Positions 12,151-23,386 of a stretch of 64,000 nt of DNA are shown here, piece after piece; the stretch's first letter is position 1; each line of letters starts with the position of its first letter. Where the stretch lies: NCBI GenBank assembly GCA_947569365.1, contig CANOSM010000009.1, positions 538 through 64,537 of the forward strand, read 5' to 3'. The DNA comes from an uncultured Clostridium sp. (GTDB lineage: Bacteria; Bacillota; Clostridia; TANB77; CAG-508). The notes beneath the pieces were generated by a model. That model ran no database searches. It saw only the letters and a list, made by a program, of their open reading frames with translations, and was not told where the DNA came from. The translations under genes and the position numbers were made by a program.

Positions 12151-13347
12151 ATGTCACAAACACGAGAAGCAGTTGATACAATAAAAGGATATTATTATCA
12201 ATTTGATTATTTTATCTTAAAATTATTAGATGAAGATAATAAAGAAGCATTAATATGTATAGAAGGAATGGAAGATATTGATATCGAAAATGTGGACTTA
12301 AAGAAGTCTATTCAATGCAAATATTATGCAAAAACAGAGTATAATCATTCTATTTTGAAAAAGCCTATAAGACTAATGTTAGAACATTATATTAGTAATA
12401 AGAAATCTAATTTAAAGTACTATATATATGGATATTATAAGTCAGGACAAAATAAATTGACGAATGATATTGATATTAGTTTTTTAAAAGAGAAATTTCT
12501 AACTTATACTGAAAATGGAAAAAATCACAAAGTTTTTGAAGAATTAAAAATAAGTGATAGTGAGTTAGAGGAATTTTTACTATCGCTAAGCATTGATATA
12601 AATGCAATGAGTTATGAAGAACAAGAGAAGACAATATTAACAAAGATGAAAAAAATTTTTAATTGTGATGATAACTTAGCAAATTACTATTATAGTAATG
12701 CTTTGAGTATTGTAAAAGAATTATCAACTAAGTCTAATATAAATGATAGGAAAATTAATCCTAACCAATTTTTAAAAAGAATAAAAGAGACAAAAGATAA
12801 AGTTTTTAATAGCTTATTTATATATAAAAAAGGAATAGAACAATATTGTAAATTTATAAAAGAAGAGTATTTTTCACCATTTAATATATCACCTTATGAA
12901 AGAATTTTTTTAATAGAATGTGATGAAATAATAAGCGATGTGGAAATAAAATCATTAATATATGAAATTAGTAAAAAATGGGGAAATATCTCACAAAGAA
13001 ATGATAAACCATATTGTCCATATATTCTATTATATAACATAAATGAAAATAGGTTAAAGAAAATAAAAACAGCAATGCAATTAGAAGGACATATTTTTTC
13101 TGATGGATATGATTTTAAAGATGCAGACTTTTACATAAACTCTATATTAAAACAAGCTAATTATAAAAATAGAATAGAGTTCAAAATTATTAATAATATT
13201 AATGAATTGAGTGAAATAATAAAGAAGATAGATAAAACAAAAGAAATATACCAGTTCTATAGAGAACCTCTTTTTTATAAAAATGATAAAGAACAACATA
13301 GAACAATTAAGATAACAAGAACAGAAGACATAATAAATATGATTTAG
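12151..13347 (+). CDS. DUF4297-family anti-phage nuclease
   Basis: REA..TIKGYYYQF N-terminus, EG.EDID...IQCKY PD-(D/E)XK-like motif; coupled to HerA. Confidence 0.8.
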   Translation: MSQTREAVDTIKGYYYQFDYFILKLLDEDNKEALICIEGMEDIDIENVDLKKSIQCKYYAKTEYNHSILKKPIRLMLEHYISNKKSNLKYYIYGYYKSGQNKLTNDIDISFLKEKFLTYTENGKNHKVFEELKISDSELEEFLLSLSIDINAMSYEEQEKTILTKMKKIFNCDDNLANYYYSNALSIVKELSTKSNINDRKINPNQFLKRIKETKDKVFNSLFIYKKGIEQYCKFIKEEYFSPFNISPYERIFLIECDEIISDVEIKSLIYEISKKWGNISQRNDKPYCPYILLYNINENRLKKIKTAMQLEGHIFSDGYDFKDADFYINSILKQANYKNRIEFKIINNINELSEIIKKIDKTKEIYQFYREPLFYKNDKEQHRTIKITRTEDIINMI

Positions 13348-13365
13348 ATGAGGAGAAAAATATAT

Positions 13366-14997
13366 ATGGAAGAAAAAATTAATGCGGAAGTAGTAGGAGT
13401 ATTTCCCAATAAGATAAAAATATCAGTAGATAATTTAGAAGATTTTTCATTAGCAAATGAAAGTTTGAAGGTAGGATCTTATTTAAGAGTATTAGACAAT
13501 GAGAATGCTGTACTTATAGCAATAATAGAAAATTTCTCAATCGAAGTAAAAGAGGATATGAGAAAAAAATATATTATTGAAGCAAACCCATTAGGAATGA
13601 TTATAAATAATAAATTCCAAAGAGGGGGAGATACTATTGCAATACCACCTAAGAAAGTAGAGCCAGCTAAAAAAGAAGAAATAGAAAAAATATTTATGGA
13701 ATCTATTATTGATGATAAAAAATTCGTTTTTTCAAAATTATCTTCTGATAATGAAATAAATGTACCTGTTGATGGAAATAAATTTTTTAATAAACATATT
13801 GCAATAGTTGGTTCTACTGGTTCAGGAAAATCACATACTGTGGCAAAAATAATTCAAACAGCAGTAAATAGCAAAGAAGGTACATATGAAGGACTAAATA
13901 ATTCACATATAGTGATATTTGATATACATTCTGAATATAAAGCTGCTTTTCCTAATGCAAACAATATTGATATAGATAATCTGATTTTACCATATTGGCT
14001 TTTAAATAGTGATGAATTACAAGAGTTATTTATTGATACGGAGGCAAATGATCACAATCAACGTAATGTATTTAAGGAGGCAGTTGTAACAAATAGAAAA
14101 CAATATTTTACTGGTACTGATGAAAAAAGAGATAAAATTCATTTTGATTCACCATTATTTTTTGAAATAAATGATATTCTAAAGATTGCAAAAGATAAAA
14201 ATGAAGAAATGGTTCCAGGACGCAATGGTGAAAAAGCAGGACCACTAAATGGGAAACTTTCTAATTTTGTAAGTAGACTAGAAAATAAGATTAATGATAA
14301 AAGATTAGAATTTTTATTAGGTCAAAAGTCTAAAGAGATAACTTTTGAAGAAACTTTAAAGCAATTGATTAGCTATGATAGTAATAAATCCAATGTAACT
14401 ATTATAGACTTAAGTGGAATTCCGTTTGAAGTATTAAGTATAACAGTTTCATTGATATCAAGAATTTTATTTGAATATGGTTATTATTATAAGAGACTTA
14501 GATGTAAAACAGATGTAGAAGAAAAAATAAATAATGATGTGCCAATATTATTAGTATATGAAGAAGCACATAAATATGCACCTAATAGTGACCTTTCAAA
14601 ATATAGAGCTTCTAGACAATCCATTGAAAGAATTGCTAAAGAAGGAAGAAAATACGGTATATCAATGTTACTTGCAAGTCAAAGACCTTCTGAAATATCT
14701 GAAACTATATTTTCACAATGTAATAATTTTATAGCAATGAGATTAACTAATCCTACAGATCAGAACTATGTAAAAAGATTATTACCAGATACATTTGGAG
14801 GTTTGATAGATAAAATGCCTACATTAAAGGCAGGAGAAAGTTTGTTGATAGGAGATTCAGTTGTAATACCATCGATAGTACAGATTGATGAATGTGAGGA
14901 TAAACCTTCTTCAAATGATATACCATATTTTGAATTATGGAAAGAAAAATGGAAGGAATTAAATATAGGAGCAATAAAAGAAGAATGGTATAATTAA
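13366..14997 (+). CDS. herA: Anti-phage-associated HerA ATPase (DUF87)
   Basis: HIAIVGSTGSGKS Walker A, IFDIHSEY, YEEAHKY, AKEGRKYG, SQRPSE. Confidence 0.9.
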   Translation: MEEKINAEVVGVFPNKIKISVDNLEDFSLANESLKVGSYLRVLDNENAVLIAIIENFSIEVKEDMRKKYIIEANPLGMIINNKFQRGGDTIAIPPKKVEPAKKEEIEKIFMESIIDDKKFVFSKLSSDNEINVPVDGNKFFNKHIAIVGSTGSGKSHTVAKIIQTAVNSKEGTYEGLNNSHIVIFDIHSEYKAAFPNANNIDIDNLILPYWLLNSDELQELFIDTEANDHNQRNVFKEAVVTNRKQYFTGTDEKRDKIHFDSPLFFEINDILKIAKDKNEEMVPGRNGEKAGPLNGKLSNFVSRLENKINDKRLEFLLGQKSKEITFEETLKQLISYDSNKSNVTIIDLSGIPFEVLSITVSLISRILFEYGYYYKRLRCKTDVEEKINNDVPILLVYEEAHKYAPNSDLSKYRASRQSIERIAKEGRKYGISMLLASQRPSEISETIFSQCNNFIAMRLTNPTDQNYVKRLLPDTFGGLIDKMPTLKAGESLLIGDSVVIPSIVQIDECEDKPSSNDIPYFELWKEKWKELNIGAIKEEWYN

Positions 14998-15032
14998 GTA
15001 TTAAATACTTATAGAGTAAGGAGAAATTTAAA

Positions 15033-15722
15033 ATGAATAGAGAAATAATAATTATAACAGGTGGAGCAAGTGGACTAGGATTAGAGCTAGTTAAACAATT
15101 TATTGAAAAAGATTATTTTGTATGTAACATAGATAGAGATTTAAAGAAAATGAAAATATTAGCTAATACATATAAAGATAACTACAAAGGTTTTATAGGA
15201 GATATTTCTGATAGTAACTTTGTTAAAGATGCTATTAATGAAATATCAAATTTAGGAAATATAAAAATATTAATTAATAATGCAGGAGAGCCATCATTTA
15301 AGCTACCTACAAAATATGAAAAAGAAGATATAGATAAATGCTTTAAAGGTTTGCAGGGTATGATTTTGTTTTCAGCAGAAGTTTTAAAAGTAAAAGAAGA
15401 AAAAGACTTAAAAATAGTAAATATAATGTCATCAGCAGCATTAAGAGGAAACAAACAAGAAGCGGTATATTGTGCTACTAAATGGGGAGAAAGAGGATAT
15501 ACAGAAAGCTTAAAAGTAGCTTATAAAGGTACAAGTGTAAAAGTAATAGGAGTATATCCAGGAGGAATTAATACAGAATTTTATAAAAACAGTAGAGATT
15601 ATGTATCAGAAGAAAAGCAATCTACATTTATGAAGCCTTGTGATGTTGCTAAAACAATTATAGATAATGTTACAAATGATACTAATTTAACAATTGCGGA
15701 TATTATAATTGAAAGAAATTAG
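15033..15722 (+). CDS. SDR family oxidoreductase
   Basis: TGGASGLG, NNAG, YCATK. Confidence 0.9.
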   Translation: MNREIIIITGGASGLGLELVKQFIEKDYFVCNIDRDLKKMKILANTYKDNYKGFIGDISDSNFVKDAINEISNLGNIKILINNAGEPSFKLPTKYEKEDIDKCFKGLQGMILFSAEVLKVKEEKDLKIVNIMSSAALRGNKQEAVYCATKWGERGYTESLKVAYKGTSVKVIGVYPGGINTEFYKNSRDYVSEEKQSTFMKPCDVAKTIIDNVTNDTNLTIADIIIERN

Positions 15723-15734
15723 AAAGGGATAGAT

Positions 15735-16528
15735 ATGGAAAAGTTAAACATATTAGGAACAGGTCATGCAATGACATTAGATTGTTATAATACTTGCTTT
15801 GCATTAGAAAATAATGAAGGAGAACATATATTAGTAGATACAGGTGGAGGACTACAAATAATAAAACAATTAAGGGATGCAAACATAGATTTTAGAAAAA
15901 TACATAACATTATTTTATCACATAAGCATACAGACTATATACTAGGAATGTTTTGGATTATCAGATATGCACAAAAGTTTTTTGACAATAATAATTATGA
16001 TGGAAATCTAAATGTTTATATGCATAAAGAATTAGAAAAATAATGTTTGAAGTACTACCACAAAAATTTACAAAACTTATTGATAACAGAATTATTTTTA
16101 ATATAGTAGAAGATAAAGAAGAAATAAAAATATTAAATTATAATATTAAATTTTTAGATGTTCAAGCAAAAAAAGATAGACAATTTGGATTTAAAACAAT
16201 ATTAGAAAATGGAAAAAAGCTTGTATTTTTAGGTGATGAAACATTTGATGAAAAATTAAGAGATGAAGTAGAAAATGCAGATTGGCTATTACATGAGGCA
16301 ATGTGTATGGATTCAGAGGCAGATATATTTAAGCCATACGAAAAAATGCATTCTACTGTAAAAACAGCATCAGAAATAGGGGCGAGTTTAAATGTTAAAA
16401 ATTTAGTATTATATCATGCAAGTGATAACGATTTAGAAAACAGAAAGAGATTATATACAGAAGAGGCAAAACAATATTTTAATGGAAATATATATGTACC
16501 AGATGATTTAGATGTCATTGAATTATAG
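15735..16528 (+). pseudogene. Metallo-beta-lactamase fold / RNase Z-like gene split at about 16040
   Basis: LGTG, SHKHTDY, GDE, HEA, HST, LYH motifs spread over two ORFs. Confidence 0.7.
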
Positions 16529-16544
16529 AAAAGAGGAGAAAATA

Positions 16545-16990
16545 ATGGTAATTATAGCAGGTTGTGTTATATAAGAGATAATAAGATATTAATGGTAAAA
16601 GAGGCTAAAAAGAAATGTTATGGACAATGGAATTTTCCAGCAGGACATGTAGATGAACATGAGCTAATTACATAAGCAGCAATAAGAGAAACACATGAAG
16701 AAACTGGTTGTAAAGTAAAACTTACAGGAGTGCTACCTATAAGTTGTGTTGATTTTGAAAATGGAGAAACACATATAATGATAAGATTTACAGCAGACAT
16801 AGTAGAAGAAAGTATTAAATTTGATACAGAAGAAATACTAGATGTACAATGGTTAGATATAAAAGATGTAAAAAGCATGACAGACAAAGAACTAAGAGGA
16901 CATGATACAAGTATTCAATTTATAAGAGATTTTGAAGATGGAAAAATATATCAATTAGATATTTTTAATAATACAAAATATATTAGATAA
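16545..16990 (+). pseudogene. NUDIX hydrolase pseudogene
   Basis: Nudix box PAGHVD...AAIRETHEETG broken by in-frame TAA at 16673-16675 and a frameshift near 16570. Confidence 0.8.
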
Positions 16991-17173
16991 GTATTTAGAG
17001 AAACTTTTTCTAAATGTATTGCCAAACCCAAATCTTTATGTTAAATTTGAAACATAGTTAATAGCAAAAAAAATCAAATTGTGGGTACATTTCTTGCAAA
17101 CTATTGCTATAACTACATTTGAAACGGAAATAAGTAACTTTTTTGCGATAGATTTTTCGAATACGTCCTACGC

Positions 17174-17187
17174 AGAGGAGCCATAAA
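17174..17187 (+). repeat. Right att-like repeat
   Basis: Duplicate of the tRNA-Asn 3' end plus TAAA. Confidence 0.8.
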
Positions 17188-17326
17188 AATCAAAAAGAGA
17201 AAGAAGATAGTAAAAAGCTATTTTCTTTTTTCTTTTTCTAAAGAAATTATGAGTTTTTCTACTTGATAAATTTATAATTATATAATATTCTGGTAAAATA
17301 ATTAAGGAAATAAAGTAGGTGAATTA

Positions 17327-19347
17327 ATGAAAGATATATTAACAATAGGAATATTTGCACATGCAAATGCAGGAAAAACAACTATAACTGAAAATCTATT
17401 ATATGAAACTAATGTTATACAAAACATTGGTAGAGTTGATACAGGTGATACTGTTACAGATTCAATGAAAATTGAAAAAGAGAGAGGAATTACTATAAGA
17501 TCATCTTTAGTTTCATTTGAAGTTAACGGAAAAAGGGTACAATTAATCGATACTCCAGGTCATGTTGATTTTTCAGCAGAAGTAGAAAGGGCAATAAATG
17601 TGTTAGATGGAGCTATTCTTGTTATATCAGGAGTTGAAGGTGTAGAAGCACAAACATATACTATATGGAAAGCATTAAGACAAAAAAATATACCTACAAT
17701 TTTCTTTATTAATAAAATGGATAGACAAGGGGCAGATTTTGAAAGAACATTAAAAGAATTAAAAGAAAAATTAAATACTGATGTAATACCTCTTGAAGAT
17801 ATTATAAAAGAAAATGATTTGAAGATATCATTTAAAGAATTATCAACAGAAAAACTAATAGAATTTTTACCTGATATAGAAGAAACAGATGAATTAATTG
17901 AAAGTTATTTAAAAGAGCAAAAAGGTGTTACAAAAGAAGAGATTTTAGAAAGAATTAAAAAACTATCAAAAGAATCAAAAATATTTCCAGTTATTGGAGG
18001 AAGTGCTTTAAAAAATAGTGGTGTAAAAAATTTAGTAAAATGTATAGGAGAATATTTTCCTAAAGCAAATAGAACACCAGAAAATAAATTTTCTGCATAT
18101 GTTTATACTGTTAGAGTAGATGATGGGCAGAAAAAGATATATATAAAAGTACTTGATGGTGAATTATCAAATAGAGATAATGTGAAATTAGATGAAGAAA
18201 ATCAATCTAAAGTTAATGGAATATATATTGCAGATGGTGACAAGATTGTTCCAACATATAGTATTTCTAGTGGTGAAATAGGAATTATCACAGGAATAGA
18301 TGCAAAATGCGGACAATTAATAGGGGAGCAAGATAAAAAAGAAAATTATATTAAAATTGTAAAACCATTAATTAATATGGAAGTAAGTACAAATGAAAAA
18401 AAAGATATAGTCAGATTAGTTGATGCATTAAATATATTAAATGATGAGGATCCATATCTAAATGTAAGATATTCAAAAAGTACAAAAAAGATATATATTA
18501 GTTTAATGGGAGAAGTTCAAGCACAAATTATTAGTTCAATGTTAAAAGATAGGTTTGGATTAGATGCAAGGTTATCTGATCCAGTAATAATTCATAAAGA
18601 AACTCCATCAATGGAAGCTGTAGGAGAAGCATATTATACAAGAGTTTCTGGACTAAAATTAGGAGTGAAACCACTACCAAAAGGAAGTGGTTTAGTATAT
18701 AATCAAAGTTATCAACAGATTTCTTACATAAAAAATATCAGAGACAGACAGAAAGATTAGTAATTAAGTATGCTAAACAAGGTGTATATGGATGGGAAGT
18801 TACTGATGCTGAAATAGATTTATTAGATGGTAGATTTGATTCTATGGGATCAGAGCCAAAGCACTTTAATATTGCGATTCCACTTGCTTTAATGAGAGCA
18901 CTTAAAAACTCAAATCCTAAAATATTGGAGCCAATAAGTGATTTTTCTATTGTTATTCCAAAAGATGATACAAGTAATGTAATAAATTTATTATCCACTA
19001 AAAATAGTGTAATTTCAACTACAACTGAAAGAGATGGATATGTAACAATTGAAGGTAATGCACCGATGGAATTAATGTTAAATTTTCCAATTGAATTAAA
19101 TAAAATTACATCTGGAAGAGGGATATATAATCAGATAGTTAATAAATACGAATTATCAAGAAATCAAAAATTAGAGACTAAATTTATAGGACCAGATCCA
19201 AGAAATGAAGTTCCTTTTGTAATAGGAGATATGAGTGCAAGTTTAGATTACTTGGATCCTATAAAAAGTAAAAAGAAAAAAGTAAGTAAATCAAAATTTA
19301 AGAGAGAAAGAAGAGAAAAAGAATTTAAGGAGAAAAATAGTGAATAA
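17327..19347 (+). pseudogene. TetM/TetO-like translational GTPase with a 1-bp frameshift at about 18701
   Basis: AHANAGKTT, ERGITI, DTPGH, NKMD; the -1 frame continues with QGVYGWEVTD and ILEP. Confidence 0.75.
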
Positions 19348-20722
19348 AGACGTATTTAAATATTTTGAGGAAATATTAAAGATTCCAAGAGAATCTGGAA
19401 AAGAAGAAAAAATTGCTAAGTATTTAGCTAGTTTTGCTAAACAAAATGATATTGAGTATAAAATTGGAAAATATAACACAATATTTTTAAGAAAAGATAA
19501 TAATCAAGGAAAAACAATAATATTACAAGCCCATTCAGATATGGTATGTGTATCAAATGATAATTATGATTTTGATAATAAAGGAATACCATATTATATA
19601 GATGGAGATTATTATAAATCAAAAAATACATCATTAGGTGCAGATGATGGTATTGGAATTGCTATTATATTGGCTATTTTGAAAGAAAATGAAAATATGC
19701 CTAATATTGAAGTAATGATAACTACACAAGAAGAGACAACAATGTTAGGTGCTAATAATTTTGATTATTCACTATTAACAGGAAAAACGTTAATTAGCTT
19801 AGATGGGATTAAAGAAGCGGATATTGAAGCTTCAAGTACTGGAATGTGCTCAATAACTATATCTAAAAAAGTAGAATTTAAGGAAAATAATGAAAATGGC
19901 TATAAATTATCAGTGAAAGGCTTGATGGGAGGACATTCTGGTGATGATATTAGTAAAAATAGATGTAATGCAATTAAACTAATAATGAAAATATTAAAAG
20001 AAATAGATTGTTCAGAAATAATATCAATTGATATAGGAAAAAGAGATAATGTTATACCAAGTGAAGGAGAAGTGAGATTCTTATCAAAACATAATTTGAA
20101 TTATATAGATAATAAAATTAAAAATATAGATTTAAGTTTATACAATGATGGTACTAACTTTAGATATGATATTGAACAGATAAAGGAAAATAAAGTTATA
20201 ATGGAAAGTAAAGATATTATTAATTTGATACATCAAATGAAAGATGGATTAATAGAAAAATATGAAGAAGATGGTTTTCCATTATTATCATCAAATATTG
20301 GAAAAGTATTAATAGAAAATAATGAAGTGGTTATAAAATATAGTATTAGAAGTTCAGATAAATTAAAAGAAAGAAGTTTATTAGATGAAGTATATAAATT
20401 ATGTAATAAATATGGATTTGAATTTAAAATTGATGCAGAAAAGCCATTTTTTCCATTTAAAAAATCTTCTAATATTAGAAGATTATTAGAAAGTTCATAT
20501 AAAAAGTTATATGGAAAAAATACAATTATAAAAAAAGTTCATGCTTGTATGGAATGTGGAATAATATCAAATAATATAAAAGACTTAGATATATGTACTA
20601 TTGCACCTGATATTGAAAATTGCCATTCAATAAATGAACAACTAAGTATATCATCAACTAAAAGAGTGTATGAGTGGCTTAAATATACTCTAGTTAAATA
20701 TAATCAAAATATTGATAATTAA
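19340..20722 (+). CDS. M20 family dipeptidase (PepD-like)
   Basis: QAHSDMV, LGADDGIG, QEE, GGHSG, HS.NE. Confidence 0.85.
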   Translation: MNKDVFKYFEEILKIPRESGKEEKIAKYLASFAKQNDIEYKIGKYNTIFLRKDNNQGKTIILQAHSDMVCVSNDNYDFDNKGIPYYIDGDYYKSKNTSLGADDGIGIAIILAILKENENMPNIEVMITTQEETTMLGANNFDYSLLTGKTLISLDGIKEADIEASSTGMCSITISKKVEFKENNENGYKLSVKGLMGGHSGDDISKNRCNAIKLIMKILKEIDCSEIISIDIGKRDNVIPSEGEVRFLSKHNLNYIDNKIKNIDLSLYNDGTNFRYDIEQIKENKVIMESKDIINLIHQMKDGLIEKYEEDGFPLLSSNIGKVLIENNEVVIKYSIRSSDKLKERSLLDEVYKLCNKYGFEFKIDAEKPFFPFKKSSNIRRLLESSYKKLYGKNTIIKKVHACMECGIISNNIKDLDICTIAPDIENCHSINEQLSISSTKRVYEWLKYTLVKYNQNIDN

Positions 20723-20800
20723 AATAATAAAAAATTAAACAAATAAAAAGTATTATAGATATTTTTATAATACTTTTATTAATTTAATAATATGATATTT

Positions 20801-21124
20801 TTACTTTTTTAATTTTAATTCTAATTTCTTTTGTTCACTTAATATTTGGATAAGATATTCATTTAGTTTATTTAGATCATTTGAATATTTATGATTTTGA
20901 ATCTGATTTTTCTTATATTCATTTATTAAAGTCTGTATGTAATATAATTTTTTATGACATAATAATGATAATTTTTCTATACTAACATTATTAATAATAA
21001 AATCAGTATTATTGATTATATTATCATCTTTGTTTATATCAATAAGATAATTAATAAGTTTTTGTTTTTTAGAAATTATTTTTAATTTTTCTTCTAGTTT
21101 ATTCAAATCAATAATTACCTCCAT
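20801..21124 (-). CDS. Hypothetical protein
   Basis: 107-aa ORF, low complexity. Confidence 0.4.
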   Translation of the reverse strand: MEVIIDLNKLEEKLKIISKKQKLINYLIDINKDDNIINNTDFIINNVSIEKLSLLCHKKLYYIQTLINEYKKNQIQNHKYSNDLNKLNEYLIQILSEQKKLELKLKK

Positions 21125-21200
21125 TTAGATGTATATATATTAAGTTAATATTTCTTATATTATAAAAGTATCTAAAATTAAAAATATCATTATAATAATG

Positions 21201-21461
21201 TTAATTAGTTGATAATGACTTTTTATTTTCTGTTTTATTTGTTTTAGTATTTTCATTTTTTTTAACAATTATATCTCCAGGATCACATTCTAAAATATTA
21301 CATAACTTTTCTAATGTATCAAAACGAATACCAGTTGTTTCATTATTCATTAAGTGAGATAATGCTTGATAATTTCCAGACATATTTTTGATTAGCCAAT
21401 ATTTTGTTTTCTCTTTTTCTTGTAAAATTTCTTTTAATCTAATATAAATCACCTTTATCAC
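21201..21461 (-). CDS. Cro/C1 (Xre) HTH regulator
   Basis: TTGIRFDTLEKLC.ILEC.PGDI motif; AGGAGG SD. Confidence 0.85.
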   Translation of the reverse strand: MIKVIYIRLKEILQEKEKTKYWLIKNMSGNYQALSHLMNNETTGIRFDTLEKLCNILECDPGDIIVKKNENTKTNKTENKKSLSTN

Positions 21462-21672
21462 CTCCTAATAGATATTTTAGAGCAAACTTAAGTTTATTTT
21501 AACTATAGTATATTAGACTTACATTAATAACAGCTAATTTAGAAATAAGTATATTAGAGTAATATATTTTAAGTCAGTTTATAATTAAAAAACTAATTGA
21601 TATTTATCTAGATTTAATTTAAAATGTATTTAAAAATAAGTATTAGTATAAAATTAATTATTGAGGTGAAAG

Positions 21673-22434
21673 ATGGAAGAAAAAATTTATATTGATAGTA
21701 CTGATAATATTAAATTATGTGCATTAATATCAAATGTTTCGAAAGAAAAAATAGTATTACTTTGTCATGGGATTAAAGCAGATAAAGATGAAAGAGGAAG
21801 TTTTAAGTTACTTGCAAGAGAAATTCAAAAACAAGGATATAGTACTATTAGAATTGATTTTAGAGCACATGGTGAATCAACAGGGATCGATTATGAAATG
21901 TCTATTTCAAAAGAAATAGAAGATATAGAATCTGTACTTAAATTTCTAGATAGAAAAAATTATAAAGAGATAATAATATTAGGTGCAAGCTTTGGAGCTA
22001 GTATTGTTTCACTAGTAGATTATTCAAAATTTAATCAAGTTAAAGCATTAATTTTTTGGTATGGAGCTTTAGAATATGAGGTAGCAAAAATATTTTCAAA
22101 AATAAATCAAGAAATTGCTCTAAGAGATGGCTTTTATATTTCTTATAATAAGAATGGAAGATTATTTAGGTTAGGAAATACATTATTTAAAGAAATTAAT
22201 GAATATAGTCCTAAAGATAATATTCAAAAGATTAATCTTCCTAAATTATTTATACATGGTTTAAAAGATGAAACAATACCTTATAGTGTTTCAGTAGATG
22301 TGTGTAACAAATCTATAAATTCAAAATTAGAATTAATTGAAAATGGAAATCATACATTTGATAATGATGAAGAATCATTAAAAAAGGCTATTAATAAAAC
22401 ACTTGATTTTATAAAAGAAATATTTGATAAATAG
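21673..22434 (+). CDS. Alpha/beta hydrolase
   Basis: HG, DFRAHGES, GASFG nucleophile elbow, HG..DE, GNH. Confidence 0.85.
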   Translation: MEEKIYIDSTDNIKLCALISNVSKEKIVLLCHGIKADKDERGSFKLLAREIQKQGYSTIRIDFRAHGESTGIDYEMSISKEIEDIESVLKFLDRKNYKEIIILGASFGASIVSLVDYSKFNQVKALIFWYGALEYEVAKIFSKINQEIALRDGFYISYNKNGRLFRLGNTLFKEINEYSPKDNIQKINLPKLFIHGLKDETIPYSVSVDVCNKSINSKLELIENGNHTFDNDEESLKKAINKTLDFIKEIFDK

Positions 22435-22510
22435 AAACTAGATATAAAATTTAAGATAAATGAAGATATTAGGAGATAATAATTCATTTATAGAGATAGG
22501 AGTACAGAAG

Positions 22511-22981
22511 ATGAATAATAAATATGAAAAAGCATATACAGAAGTTTTAGAAATAATAAGTCATTTTTCAAATGAAGAATATTCTAAGATTCCTGAAGAA
22601 AAAATAAATTTTTATAAGCAAAATCAAGATAAGAATTATAAGTATTCAATAGATCCAGAAAAAGATTTATCTAAGCAATATATTTCAGAAGAGGCAAATG
22701 CAATATTAGTATCATTATTTAGAGATTATTTTGCAACAGAAAGGCAAAAAGAAGTACTTAAAAATTTACTAAATCAAAATCAAGCAAAATTAGAAGAAAA
22801 AAAGAGAGAAAAGTATAGTACAGATGTATTTAAAAAAGAAGAGATACAAAAAAGAGAAGAGGATATAAAAAAGAAAGAAGAGTATTTACAAGATAATCAA
22901 TTAATACAATATAAACAAACATTTTTTAGTAAATTTATTGAATTTATAAAAAAAATAATAAATAGAAATAAAGATATATAA
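22511..22981 (+). CDS. Hypothetical protein, paralogue of 2155-2601
   Basis: AGGAG SD before ATG 22511; sequence similarity to 2155-2601. Confidence 0.7.
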   Translation: MNNKYEKAYTEVLEIISHFSNEEYSKIPEEKINFYKQNQDKNYKYSIDPEKDLSKQYISEEANAILVSLFRDYFATERQKEVLKNLLNQNQAKLEEKKREKYSTDVFKKEEIQKREEDIKKKEEYLQDNQLIQYKQTFFSKFIEFIKKIINRNKDI

Positions 22982-23017
22982 TAATAAAATTATATTTGAT
23001 TATTATAGGAGGAAAAA

Positions 23018-23356
23018 ATGAATATTGATATTAAAAAAGTAAAAATTATTGTAACAGTTCCTAGTGAAAATCTTAAAGAAGTAAGGGATGCTATTTGTAA
23101 TGAAGGAGCAGGAATTATAGGAAATTATTCATATTGTACAATAGCTACAAAATGTATAGGAACTTTTAAACCTTCCTATAATGCTAATCCATATATTGGA
23201 GAAAGAAATAAGTTAGAATTTGTAGATGAAGAGAAACTTGAAGTAGTCCGTGATATAGAGTTAGCAAAAAGAGTAATTAATAAATTAAGGCAAATACATC
23301 CTTATGAGGAACCAGCAGTGGATATAATTCCTCTTATAGGTGAAGAACAATTATAA
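23018..23356 (+). CDS. YqfO/NIF3-related small PII-like domain protein
   Basis: GAG.IGNYS.C, GTFKP...ANPYIG, HPYEEPA. Confidence 0.85.
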   Translation: MNIDIKKVKIIVTVPSENLKEVRDAICNEGAGIIGNYSYCTIATKCIGTFKPSYNANPYIGERNKLEFVDEEKLEVVRDIELAKRVINKLRQIHPYEEPAVDIIPLIGEEQL

Positions 23357-23357
23357 A

Positions 23358-23386
23358 AATAAAAGAGCAGTGTTTTGCTCTTTATT
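23358..23386. terminator. Bidirectional intrinsic terminator
   Basis: AATAAAAGAGCA-loop-TGCTCTTTTATT between convergent genes. Confidence 0.7.

Noticed and set aside
16673-16675. Stop-codon readthrough or reassignment in the NUDIX gene
   Set aside because: Single TAA in a gene that also has a frameshift; TAA, TAG and TGA all terminate genes normally here
18695-18705. Programmed -1 frameshift in the Tet-like gene
   Set aside because: No slippery heptamer or evident stimulator; a simple 1-bp loss
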